This document shows positions 19,552 through 28,562 of a stretch of DNA of 64,000 nucleotides, in pieces. Every line of letters starts with the position of its first letter. Within the stretch, counting starts at the first letter, position 1. The stretch lies in assembly GCA_965198225.1 (NCBI GenBank), contig CBDAOY010000009.1, positions 1,024,001 to 1,088,000 of the forward strand, written 5' to 3'. Position numbers and translations under genes: made by a program. The notes beneath the pieces were generated by a model. It had not been told where the DNA came from. It did not search any database and was given only the letters and a program-made list of their open reading frames with translations. Source of the stretch: Terriglobia bacterium (GTDB lineage Bacteria > Acidobacteriota > Terriglobia > 20CM-2-55-15).

Positions 19552-21162
19552 ATGCCGAGAACATTTGAAGCGCCGGGACCCGGGTCCTGGGAACAGGATT
19601 CCACACACTGTCCGCGTCCGCTGACCGAATACGCTTTCAGCCTGTTCAAGAATGAGTTTCCCAGAGGGTTTTCCGAAGGGACGGCTCGTATGGGCCTGCT
19701 TTTCAGCCACCTCGAACCGGCCAGCGTCAACGGGTTCATGTACTACAAGACGATTGGGGCAAGTGAAGAAGAATTCCCGGCCCGCTTCGCTGCTGCTGAA
19801 GAGGCCTTCACGTCGAAACTGTGGCGCGCCGAGTTGCAGCGGTGGGATACGGAATACAAACCCGATTCGATTCGCCGTAACAGGGCCCTCCAGTCCGTCG
19901 CCATACGGGATTTGGACACGGACGCATTCATCGACCACCTGGAAGCCGCCCGCTCCAACTGTGGGGAGATGATCTACCGGCACCACATTTTTACAGCACC
20001 CTCGATCGTGCCGATGGGGCACTACGTGGCCGAGGTCACCGAGTGGACGGGCCTCGACGCCGGTCAGTTGCTGGCCCCGCTGAAAGGAGCCGCCCCTGTT
20101 TCCTGCGGCGCAACGGAGGAACTCCGGCGGGTCGCCGAAGCGCTCGATCGAAATAACGTGGGACCTGGAGACTTCGATGCGGGCTTAAAGGCAGGCGAGA
20201 TCCTGGCTCAGTTGCGTTCGCGCGACGACGACGTCGGCCGGGCCATCGACGCTTACCTCGATGTCGTCTGGTTGAGAGTGGTGTCCGGCTACGATGTTGC
20301 TGACCCATATGCTATCGAGATGCCCGAAATGATCCTGAATTCCATCTGGGCTTCCGGCAGCGTTCATGGGGACAAGGACGCGTCGGCGGACGAGGTCGCC
20401 CGGGTGCGCGACGCGGTCCCGGCCCAGCACCGAGACAGCTTTGACGAAGTGTTGGCGGATGCACGACTCATCAGCCGGCTTCGTGACGAGCGCGGCGTCT
20501 ACAACGACAACTGGGGTACGGGCATCGCCCGCAGGGCGATCCTGGAGGTCGGCCGCCGCCTCACCCGTCAGGGTCGAATCGATGACGCGGAGATGGCCAT
20601 CGATGCGACGCATGAAGAAATGGTTTCGATGTTGCGGGGTGGGGACCGTCCGACGAACGCAGACCTGAGGGAACGCGGTGACTGGCGTCGAAACGCTTCT
20701 CTGAAAGACGTCCCCCCTTTGTTGGGAGATCCCCCGCAGCAGCCGCCTCCGCTCGACAGACTCCCCCCGTATGCCGCGATGGCGATGCGGGCGTTCGGGG
20801 CGGCCCTGGGAGAAGTGTTCGGAGACGCTGAAGATCCTGCCGAGACCGCGATCACGGGCAAGCCGGTCAGCGCGGGGGTCTATGAGGGTGTGGCGCGGGT
20901 CATCGGTCACCCTGCTGACTTCGATCGTTTGAACCAGGGAGACGTGCTGATTACCGCCGCGACCTCGGCTGCCTTCAATGTCGTGCTTCCGCTCGTCGGC
21001 GCCATCGTCACGGACCGGGGCGGGCAGCTATCCCATGCCGCGATTGTCGCTCGGGAATACGGGCTCCCCGCGGTGGTCGGTACGCTCAAGGCCACCTCCG
21101 TGATCCCCGACGGTGCGCGCGTTCGGGTCGACGGCGGTTCGGGTAAGGTTGATGTGCTGTGA
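19552..21162 (+). CDS. PEP-utilising enzyme family protein: substrate domain plus C-terminal phospho-His swivel domain
   Basis: GKPVSAGVYEG.ARV, GDVLI, TDRGGQLSHAAIVAREYGLPAVVG, VRVDG. Confidence 0.88.
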   Translation: MPRTFEAPGPGSWEQDSTHCPRPLTEYAFSLFKNEFPRGFSEGTARMGLLFSHLEPASVNGFMYYKTIGASEEEFPARFAAAEEAFTSKLWRAELQRWDTEYKPDSIRRNRALQSVAIRDLDTDAFIDHLEAARSNCGEMIYRHHIFTAPSIVPMGHYVAEVTEWTGLDAGQLLAPLKGAAPVSCGATEELRRVAEALDRNNVGPGDFDAGLKAGEILAQLRSRDDDVGRAIDAYLDVVWLRVVSGYDVADPYAIEMPEMILNSIWASGSVHGDKDASADEVARVRDAVPAQHRDSFDEVLADARLISRLRDERGVYNDNWGTGIARRAILEVGRRLTRQGRIDDAEMAIDATHEEMVSMLRGGDRPTNADLRERGDWRRNASLKDVPPLLGDPPQQPPPLDRLPPYAAMAMRAFGAALGEVFGDAEDPAETAITGKPVSAGVYEGVARVIGHPADFDRLNQGDVLITAATSAAFNVVLPLVGAIVTDRGGQLSHAAIVAREYGLPAVVGTLKATSVIPDGARVRVDGGSGKVDVL

Positions 21163-21977
21163 CCGACTGTGTCCCGCTGTCTGAAGCGGAAGACGAGAAG
21201 CGATTCGGCGGAAAGTCCGTCAGTCTCGGGTCGGCGATCCGGTCCGGACTGCCGGTTCCGCCCGGATTCGCGCTCAGCGTCGACTTGGTCGATTCCGTCG
21301 CCGCGCAAGACGAAGTCTCCATCGGGATGTTGGAAGAGACGTACGTCGGGATCGGAGGAGCTCTGGCGGTTCGGTCTTCCGCGGTGGGAGAGGATGCCAA
21401 GGACGCCAGCTTCGCCGGACAACATGTCACGATCCTGAACGTCCGCACCCCCGACGCCCTATCCCAGGCTGTACGGGAGGTCCACAACTCCGCTCATTCC
21501 GCGTCGGCCCTGGCATACCGGAAGAGGATGGGAATCGAGGACCCGCCGCGCATCGGCGTTACCTTGCAGCAGATGGTCGAGCCGGAGTCGGCCGGAGTCC
21601 TGTTCACCCGGAACCCCGCCACAGGCGCCCAAGAACGGGTTATCGAAGCGGCCTGGGGTCTGGGAGAAGCCGTCGTTTCGGGACTGGTCGTCCCCGATTC
21701 CTACCGCGTCGCGTCCGACGGGGAAATCCTCGAAATCTCGATAGGGGAGAAGGACATGTGTCTCCGCTCGACTCCGGAGGGGGGGACCGAAGAGGTTCCG
21801 GTCGAGGACGCCCGGGTCCGGGCCCGCGTTCTCGACGACTCCCGGCTTGGAGATCTGCACCGACTGACGCTCGGCTGCGAGGAGTTCTACGGAAGCGGGT
21901 TGGACATCGAATGGGCCTTCTCTGAAGGCTCTCTCTTCCTGCTCCAATGTCGATCGATCACGCGCATCGGACGATGA
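21159..21977 (+). CDS. Stand-alone PEP/pyruvate-binding (PPDK_N) ATP-grasp domain protein
   Basis: FGGK, LPVPPGF, AVRSSAVGED..ASFAGQ, QQMV, AWGLGEAVVSG, DIEWA, LLQCRSIT; GTGA overlap with the upstream gene. Confidence 0.9.
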   Translation: MTDCVPLSEAEDEKRFGGKSVSLGSAIRSGLPVPPGFALSVDLVDSVAAQDEVSIGMLEETYVGIGGALAVRSSAVGEDAKDASFAGQHVTILNVRTPDALSQAVREVHNSAHSASALAYRKRMGIEDPPRIGVTLQQMVEPESAGVLFTRNPATGAQERVIEAAWGLGEAVVSGLVVPDSYRVASDGEILEISIGEKDMCLRSTPEGGTEEVPVEDARVRARVLDDSRLGDLHRLTLGCEEFYGSGLDIEWAFSEGSLFLLQCRSITRIGR

Positions 21978-21987
21978 GAACCGCCAC

Positions 21988-23382
21988 TTGACCGCCGCCG
22001 ACACCTCCGCCACTGTTGCCGCGCCCGCCGAGAAGCTTTCATGGATGTTCTACGTCGGGATGTTCATGGCCGCCTCGCTGTCGCCGCTCGGTTCGACGAT
22101 GATCGCCGTCGCACTGCCTTCCATCGGGCAGGAGCTCGGCGTCGGCAGCGGCTCGCTGACTCAATGGCTCGTCTCCAGTTATCTCATCGTCGGGATCGCC
22201 TTCATGAGTCCGGGCGGAAAGCTCGGCGACAGGATCGGACATGACAAGGGGTTGGTCCTCGGTATGGCGATCTACGGAGTCGGATCGGTCGTCGGTTTCG
22301 CGCTGGCCAACCTGCCGAGCCTCGCATTCGCCCGGATATGCATGGCCATCGGAGGTTCGCTTGCCGTGCCTGCTGCCATGGCTCTCCTGCGAAACCTGGT
22401 GCCGGCAGAGCGCCGGGCACGGACGTTTGGTTATTTCGGGTCCGTGATGGGAACGGCCGCTGCGATCGGCCCACTGCTCGGCGGAGAGTTGACGGCGCAG
22501 TTTGGCTGGCGTTCGGTCTTCATAGCCAACGTGCCCGTCGTCGTGATCGCGCTCGTCCTGGTGCGCGTCGCGGGACCCCGCGCGCGGAGCGTGTCGGAGA
22601 CAAAGACGCGGCCGCGCTTCGATGTGTTCGGCAGTATGTTCCTTGGCCTCGGTCTGACCCTGCTGGTCATCGCGTTGCAGATCGTGTCGCCGTTCGCCGC
22701 AGCGCTCGGATTGGCCGGGGTTCTGCTGCTGGGAATTTTCACTTTCTGGGAGCAGCGGGTGGCTGAACCCGTACTCGACCTGGGTATGTTCCTGAAACGC
22801 AGCTTCGCGGCCGCCAGTGCCGTCATCGGACTTCAGAATCTTGCGATGTACGCTTTCCTGTTTCAGCTTCCGATATTCTTCGAGCAGGTTCGAGGCGCCG
22901 AGGCGGGAACCACCGGACGTTCCATCATCGGGATGATGATCGCGATGGTTGTGTTCTCACCCATCGGCGGCCGGGTCGCCGAACGGATCGGAGTTCGGCT
23001 GACGGTCTTCTCGGGGTCGGTGCTGACGCTGGTCGGCCTGTCCCTCGTCGTCGACATCAACCGGCTTGCCGTCCCGACCGACGCGTTGCCCGGTCTGGTC
23101 CTCCTCGGAGCGGGATATGGTCTGTGCTCAGCACCTTCCCAGGCGGCGGCGATGAGCGCTGTCAGACGTGAGGATGCGGGAATGGCCGGGGGCGCCGTGT
23201 CGACCGCCCGGTACATCGGAGGCGTCATCGGGATCTCGGCCCTCGGCTACATGCTCGGTCGAGCGGGTGACGCGCCCGGTTCGGACGCCCACGGCTCGGC
23301 GATGCTTGTTTACGGAGCGGCGCTCCTTGCTGCGACGACCGTGTCGCTGCTCCTGCCACCGCGCTTGCACCGGGAGGATTGA
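21988..23382 (+). CDS. MFS drug:H+ antiporter (DHA2, 14-TM type)
   Basis: VALPSI, GKLGDRIG (motif A), GPLLGG, GWRSVFIANVP, EPVLDL. Confidence 0.9.
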   Translation: MTAADTSATVAAPAEKLSWMFYVGMFMAASLSPLGSTMIAVALPSIGQELGVGSGSLTQWLVSSYLIVGIAFMSPGGKLGDRIGHDKGLVLGMAIYGVGSVVGFALANLPSLAFARICMAIGGSLAVPAAMALLRNLVPAERRARTFGYFGSVMGTAAAIGPLLGGELTAQFGWRSVFIANVPVVVIALVLVRVAGPRARSVSETKTRPRFDVFGSMFLGLGLTLLVIALQIVSPFAAALGLAGVLLLGIFTFWEQRVAEPVLDLGMFLKRSFAAASAVIGLQNLAMYAFLFQLPIFFEQVRGAEAGTTGRSIIGMMIAMVVFSPIGGRVAERIGVRLTVFSGSVLTLVGLSLVVDINRLAVPTDALPGLVLLGAGYGLCSAPSQAAAMSAVRREDAGMAGGAVSTARYIGGVIGISALGYMLGRAGDAPGSDAHGSAMLVYGAALLAATTVSLLLPPRLHRED

Positions 23383-23520
23383 CTCTTCAACGGGCGCCCT
23401 ACTTGTGAAATCCAGCACCGTGGGGGAATATACATGTTTCGCCGGAGCCTTCAGGGATGAGCGTCGCCGGCCTCGATGCGGACGATTTCTTGTCCATCAA
23501 CCTACCGTAGAGTTTGGAGA

Positions 23521-26250
23521 ATGACTGCGATCCTGGTCTTCATGATGGCCGCCCTGACGGTTCAGATGGGACAGAGCGTCGACGGCGTTCGCCTGGTGCT
23601 CGTCAACGAGGCCGGCAACGTCGTGGACGAAGTCGAGGCGCCGCGCCCCGGAAGCTACACCTTCGAGGAAGTGGAGAACGGAGTCTACACGATCCGTGCC
23701 GTCGTCGAGGACCTCACGATCACATCTCTTGCCGACGTACGTGTCCCGGAAACGGACATGGTGCAGGTTGACGTCACCGAGGACGCCGTCGGTCGCGCCG
23801 TGGCCGCCCGTCAACAGTCCGCCGCCGGGCAGAGAAACCAGAACATCCAGGTGAACCTCATCGACAACGATGCCTTGACCGAGCAACTCGCTCGTTCCGG
23901 TGCGGAAGTCCGGCCGATCACGGAATTCTCGGCCGTTCGGCGCAACTACGCCGCTGAATTCGGTGGACTGGGTCGGAACATCCAGATCGTGGGCGCCGAC
24001 CCCCAGAACGCCTTCCATGGGGAGTTTTACGAATACCTTCAGAACAGCGTGTTCAACGCCCGTTCGTTCTTCCAGGTCGGAGACGTGGAACCCACGCGGC
24101 GGAATCAGTATGGATTCCGCCTCGGGGGCCCTGTGGGTTCGGACAAACTGTCATTCCTCCTGACAGGTCAGGAGGTTCGCGAGGCTGGAGCCGTCAACGG
24201 GAACGTCCTGGTGCCCCTGCCCAGCGAGCGGACCCCGCTGTCGGATGATCCAGACGTCCGGCGCCTCATACAGCGATGGCTCGAGGCCTACCCCGTGGAA
24301 CTGCCGAATCGCCCCGAAATCGACCCGCGCATGCTCAACACGAATGCCAACCAGGCGATTCGCAACAGCGGCGGGTCGCTGGGACTCTACTGGGACGTCA
24401 ACGCGGCGAACACGTTCGCGCTACGCTACTCGCTCGGAGACGTCTTCATCGACTCCTTTGAATTCGTCGACGGCCTGAATCCGAACCAGCGCCTGCGCCC
24501 CCAGACGCTCAACCTGTCGATGGCTCGACGCATTTCTCCGGAAACCAGCCTGCGCGTGGGCTTCAACTTCATTCGCCGAAAGATTCATCTCCTGGTTCCT
24601 CCTGCCGCTGTCGGTCCGTTTGTGACGATCGCGCGGCAGGTTGAAAACCTCGGTCCGTTCAGCCAGTTTCCGATCCTCAGGGTGCAGAACGATTTTGAGT
24701 ACCTCGTGGCTGGAACCACCGGCACCGGAAACCACCAACTGGACTGGGGTACGGAGATCCGCCGCTACCAGATGAACGACCTGCAGAGCGACAATGCGCG
24801 TGGCATCTTCAACTTCCGCCCCAACTTTGGGAACGGGGCGTTCGAGAACCTCCTCCTGGGTTTGCCGTCAAAGTACGAGCAGAGCCTGGGCAACCTGTAC
24901 CGAGGATTTCGTTACACCGACTTCAGCCTGTTTCTGAACGACCGTTGGAGCGTCACGCCGAATCTGGACCTGACGCTGGGACTGCGCTACGAGTACGCGG
25001 GGGGGCCGAGCGAGGTCAACGACCTGACCGAGTTTTCCTATTCTTCCGACGCGAACAATTTTGCCCCACGCTTCGGTTTTGCATACGCATCGGGCGACAC
25101 GACCATCCGCGGCGGCTATGGGATCGCTTTCGGAAGGGTCTTTCCGGTCACGTTCCAATCGGCTCGGTTCAATCCGCCCGCCGTCGTACGCTTGTCGGCA
25201 CAGAGTCCCGACATTCTGGATCCGCTCGGCGAGTTCGAAATGCCCGATGGAAACGGCCCGGTTCGGTCGTCACTCAACCTGATCGACCCTGACCTTGTCG
25301 TTCCATACGCCCAGCAGTACGGGCTGCAACTGGAGCGGAACTTGACCCCATCGACGAGGTTGGCTGCGGCGTACGTGGGCAGCCGTACCTGGAAGCTTTT
25401 CCAGACGCTCCACAGCAATCGCGCGGGTCGGCCCGAGGGGATATCCATAACGACGGGAACCATCAACGATCGCCGGCCCGACCAGAACTTCTTCGCGGTC
25501 AACACGATCACGAACATGGGTCGGGCGTATTTCGATGCCGCCCAGTTGAGCCTGGACCAGGTTTTCAACGCGGGACTGTCGGTGCGCGCCAGCTACACAT
25601 TCAGCAAGGCCATCGACACCGGACCGGATTTCTCGAACACGGCGGTCGGCATGGACGAGCGGCGGGAGCAACGGGAGGATGCGGTGGTTGCGGGCCTGAA
25701 AGCGCTGAGCAGCTTCGACTCCCCGCACGCATTCGTCATGGGCTATCGGTGGGAACTCCCCGGCCGATTCATGTTGGGCTGGTCGGTCTCCGGCACCGCG
25801 TTGTTCCGTTCCGGGACGCCGTTCTCGGTCGAAACCGGGACGGATGCGCCTCCGAGCGGAAACGTGGACGGCGTCCGTCAGGATCGCCCGACGATCCTGG
25901 ATCCATCCCTATTGGGCAGGAGCATCGACGACCCGGACACGTCACTGGGTATTTTCAGGCGGGAGGGGTTCAGCGTTGAAGACACCTTCGTCAACGGCTT
26001 CGGAAATCTTGCCCGCAATACTTTCCGCAAGGATGGGACGAGCAACTTGAACCTGGCGATCGCAAAGGAGTTCTCCCTCTCCGCCGATCAGACGCGATCG
26101 TTGACCTTTCGGACCGAGATCACGAACCTGACCAACCATCCGCAGTTCGACGAGCCCAACAACACCGTGGTGTCCCCCTCGTTCGGTCGAATCACCAACA
26201 CGCTGAACAGCGGTCGTATCGTCCAGTTTGCGTTGCAGTTTCGTTTTTAG
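23521..26250 (+). CDS. TonB-dependent receptor-like outer-membrane protein (Oar type)
   Basis: Signal peptide; NSVFNARSFF, RRNQYGFRLGGP, NNFAPRFGFAY; C-terminal QFRF; start uncertain (23476 or 23521). Confidence 0.85.
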   Translation: MTAILVFMMAALTVQMGQSVDGVRLVLVNEAGNVVDEVEAPRPGSYTFEEVENGVYTIRAVVEDLTITSLADVRVPETDMVQVDVTEDAVGRAVAARQQSAAGQRNQNIQVNLIDNDALTEQLARSGAEVRPITEFSAVRRNYAAEFGGLGRNIQIVGADPQNAFHGEFYEYLQNSVFNARSFFQVGDVEPTRRNQYGFRLGGPVGSDKLSFLLTGQEVREAGAVNGNVLVPLPSERTPLSDDPDVRRLIQRWLEAYPVELPNRPEIDPRMLNTNANQAIRNSGGSLGLYWDVNAANTFALRYSLGDVFIDSFEFVDGLNPNQRLRPQTLNLSMARRISPETSLRVGFNFIRRKIHLLVPPAAVGPFVTIARQVENLGPFSQFPILRVQNDFEYLVAGTTGTGNHQLDWGTEIRRYQMNDLQSDNARGIFNFRPNFGNGAFENLLLGLPSKYEQSLGNLYRGFRYTDFSLFLNDRWSVTPNLDLTLGLRYEYAGGPSEVNDLTEFSYSSDANNFAPRFGFAYASGDTTIRGGYGIAFGRVFPVTFQSARFNPPAVVRLSAQSPDILDPLGEFEMPDGNGPVRSSLNLIDPDLVVPYAQQYGLQLERNLTPSTRLAAAYVGSRTWKLFQTLHSNRAGRPEGISITTGTINDRRPDQNFFAVNTITNMGRAYFDAAQLSLDQVFNAGLSVRASYTFSKAIDTGPDFSNTAVGMDERREQREDAVVAGLKALSSFDSPHAFVMGYRWELPGRFMLGWSVSGTALFRSGTPFSVETGTDAPPSGNVDGVRQDRPTILDPSLLGRSIDDPDTSLGIFRREGFSVEDTFVNGFGNLARNTFRKDGTSNLNLAIAKEFSLSADQTRSLTFRTEITNLTNHPQFDEPNNTVVSPSFGRITNTLNSGRIVQFALQFRF

Positions 26251-26318
26251 AGATAGACTAATCGCTTTCCCGATGCTTCGGGCCGTCATCATCCGACTTC
26301 CACAAAGGAGATCCGAGC

Positions 26319-26960
26319 ATGAAGAAGATGCATTGCGTTTTTGCTACGATCGTTCTGGCGATGCTGGCGCAGCCGGCATTGGCGCAGGACATGAGCTTTT
26401 TCCTGACCAGCGCGGGCTCCGGCAACGGTGCCGACCTGGGTGGTCTCTCCGGAGCCGACCGGCACTGTCAGGCACTGGCCGAAGCCGTGGGATCGAGCGG
26501 CAAGACCTGGCGCGCCTATCTGAGCACCACCGCCAGCACCAGCATGCCGGCTGCCAGCGCGCGCGACCGTATCGGCTCGGGCCCCTGGTACAACGCCAAG
26601 GGGGTTCGCATCGCTTCGGGCGTGGCGGACCTACACTCCGCCAACAACAACCTTACGAAAGAAACGCAGCTCAATGAGAAGGGCGAAGTCGTCAACGGTC
26701 GTGGAGACCAGCCGAACCGTCACGACATCCTGACTGGCTCGAACGCCGACGGTACCGTGTTCATGGGTGATGGCGACACGACGTGTTCGAACTGGACGAG
26801 CAGCGGAGAGGGAAGCGCGCGTAACGGTCATCACGACCGAACCGGCGGCGGCGACGACGGGTCGTCATGGAATTCGGCGCACGGCACTCGCGGTTGCAGT
26901 CAGGAAGACCTGCGGGGAACCGGCGGAGACGGCCTGTTCTACTGTTTCGCGGTTAATTAG
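26319..26960 (+). CDS. Secreted lectin-like (endostatin/C-type-lectin-like fold) protein
   Basis: Signal peptide; FFLTS.G.G.GADLGGLSGADRHCQ, WRAYLS, HDILTG, C..WT, FYCFA. Confidence 0.8.
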   Translation: MKKMHCVFATIVLAMLAQPALAQDMSFFLTSAGSGNGADLGGLSGADRHCQALAEAVGSSGKTWRAYLSTTASTSMPAASARDRIGSGPWYNAKGVRIASGVADLHSANNNLTKETQLNEKGEVVNGRGDQPNRHDILTGSNADGTVFMGDGDTTCSNWTSSGEGSARNGHHDRTGGGDDGSSWNSAHGTRGCSQEDLRGTGGDGLFYCFAVN

Positions 26961-27031
26961 GTGTAGGTGCGGTCTATGACCGCACATTTCTTTGGACCGA
27001 GACGATGTGCGCTCATAGAGCGCACCTACAC
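26961..27031. repeat. REPIN (A+B REP pair)
   Basis: gtgtaggtgcggtctatgaccgcac...gtgcgctcatagagcgcacctacac. Confidence 0.9.
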
Positions 27032-27038
27032 CTGATCG

Positions 27039-27578
27039 CTATTCCAGACGTCTCAGCTTTCTCGTTACTTCTGTAAACTGCCGATTGAACTCGACGCCGG
27101 GAATCACGACGTTGCCCGCTGCCTGGATCAACCAGAGGGTGTCGCCTTCCAGTCGATGCTCCAGCGTGTTCGACCCTCCCGACATGTAATTCGGATGATT
27201 GGCGACCATAGGTCGGAACACTACTGTTGAACCCCGCACCTCATAGGTTCCAGAGTTTGCGACGATCGTGCTGTAGGCCTCGAGAGCCTGGGCGTCTGTT
27301 GGCGGCTGTTGCTCGAATAAAGCTCGCGGCTCGGATGGGGTCGAGACGAACATCTCGCTGTAGTGCGATCCGGCGAAAACCCACAGGCTGGGCTGGGGAT
27401 CGGTGACGGTGCCTTCGTTCGGTCCACCGACTGTCGTGATTTCTTCCAGCGTCCAGGCGCCTTGGATCGTGGGCGCCGGTTCGGGCATGGGTTCCGGCTC
27501 AGGAGCCGGTGGGGGAGCGCACGCGGACAGAATCAGCAGGGAAGCGGCAAGGCAGACGTATACCGAACTGCGTTTCAT
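27039..27578 (-). CDS. Lipocalin-like domain lipoprotein (paralog A)
   Basis: Lipobox LSAC, Pro-rich linker, IQGAW.L, ANSGTY; AGGAGG RBS. Confidence 0.75.
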   Translation of the reverse strand: MKRSSVYVCLAASLLILSACAPPPAPEPEPMPEPAPTIQGAWTLEEITTVGGPNEGTVTDPQPSLWVFAGSHYSEMFVSTPSEPRALFEQQPPTDAQALEAYSTIVANSGTYEVRGSTVVFRPMVANHPNYMSGGSNTLEHRLEGDTLWLIQAAGNVVIPGVEFNRQFTEVTRKLRRLE

Positions 27579-27615
27579 GGGATCCTCCTGGGATGGTCGG
27601 GTATCGAACCACGCA

Positions 27616-27644
27616 ATCCTAGCGTCGAGGTAGAGTGTTGTCAA
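27616..27644 (-). promoter_or_regulatory. Sigma70-like promoter (identical copy at 28358-28386)
   Basis: TTGACA-17 nt-TAGGAT on the minus strand. Confidence 0.65.
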
Positions 27645-27689
27645 AGCTTTGAAAGGTTGCGGCTCCGGACTTTTCGGCTTAGGTCAAAA

Positions 27690-27721
27690 CCCGGGGACAG
27701 GGCTATACCCCTGTCCCCCTC
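27690..27721. repeat. GGGGACAGG palindrome, copy 2, at the tandem-duplication junction
   Basis: ccggggacagggctatacccctgtccccct. Confidence 0.7.
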
Positions 27722-27780
27722 ACATTGGCTCTCTCACGGGTCGTTCCGCGTAACGAAGACGCCGTCTTGCGCAGCTGGTG

Positions 27781-28320
27781 CTATTCCAGGCGTCTCAGTT
27801 TTCTCGTTACTTCCGTAAACGCCTGCTCTATCTCTACGCCCGGTATGGTTATCGTTCCGGGTACATCGGTCAGCCAGAGAGTGTCGCCCTCCAGCCGGAA
27901 ATCGTAGCTCTGCGATCCGCCTTGCATGAAGTTCGGGTGTTTGGCAACCACGGGTCGCATAGTCAGAGTCGATGCCTGCAGTTCGTAGCCCCCAGAGTTG
28001 GCGATGAAGGTATCGAATGCCCCGCGAATCTCGGCGTCAGATTGCGGTGCTTGCTCGAACAACGCCCGCGCTTCCGACTCTGGGATAACGTACATCTCGC
28101 TGTAGTGGGCACCGGCGAAAACCCACAGGCTGGGTTGGGGATCGGTGACGGTTCCTTCGTTCGGTCCACCGACTGTCGTGATTTCTTCCAGAGTCCAGGC
28201 GCCTTCGATCGTGGGCGCCGGTTCGGGCATGGGTTCAGGCTCCGGGGCCGGCGGGGGAGCACACGAGGACAGAATCAGCAGGGAAGCGACAAGGCAGACG
28301 TATACCGAACTGCATTTCAT
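27781..28320 (-). CDS. Lipocalin-like domain lipoprotein (paralog B, tandem duplicate)
   Basis: Same architecture as paralog A, offset by 742 bp. Confidence 0.75.
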   Translation of the reverse strand: MKCSSVYVCLVASLLILSSCAPPPAPEPEPMPEPAPTIEGAWTLEEITTVGGPNEGTVTDPQPSLWVFAGAHYSEMYVIPESEARALFEQAPQSDAEIRGAFDTFIANSGGYELQASTLTMRPVVAKHPNFMQGGSQSYDFRLEGDTLWLTDVPGTITIPGVEIEQAFTEVTRKLRRLE

Positions 28321-28450
28321 GGGATCCTCCTGGGATGGTCGGGTATCGAACCACGCAATCCTAGCGTCGAGGTAGAGTGTTGTCAAAGCTTTGAAAGGTT
28401 GCGGCTCCGGACTTTTCGGCTTAGGTCAAAACCCGAATACCTGCAATTAG

Positions 28451-28521
28451 GTGTAGGTGCGGTCTATGACCGCACATCTTTTCTTGCTTGCGGATTGTGC
28501 GCTCATAGAGCGCACCTACAC
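28451..28521. repeat. REPIN (A+B REP pair)
   Basis: Same consensus as 26961-27031. Confidence 0.9.
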
Positions 28522-28562
28522 CCTGCGGCCAATGTCCCGATCCCTCTGCTATACTCCCGGTC

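Noticed and set aside
19552-21977. Housekeeping PEP synthase (ppsA) or PPDK
   Set aside because: No C-terminal pyruvate-binding TIM barrel; the domain order is RPH/phenylphosphate-synthase-like
27039-28434. Diversity-generating retroelement template and variable repeats
   Set aside because: Differences are not adenine-restricted, both copies are full genes with promoters, and no reverse transcriptase is present
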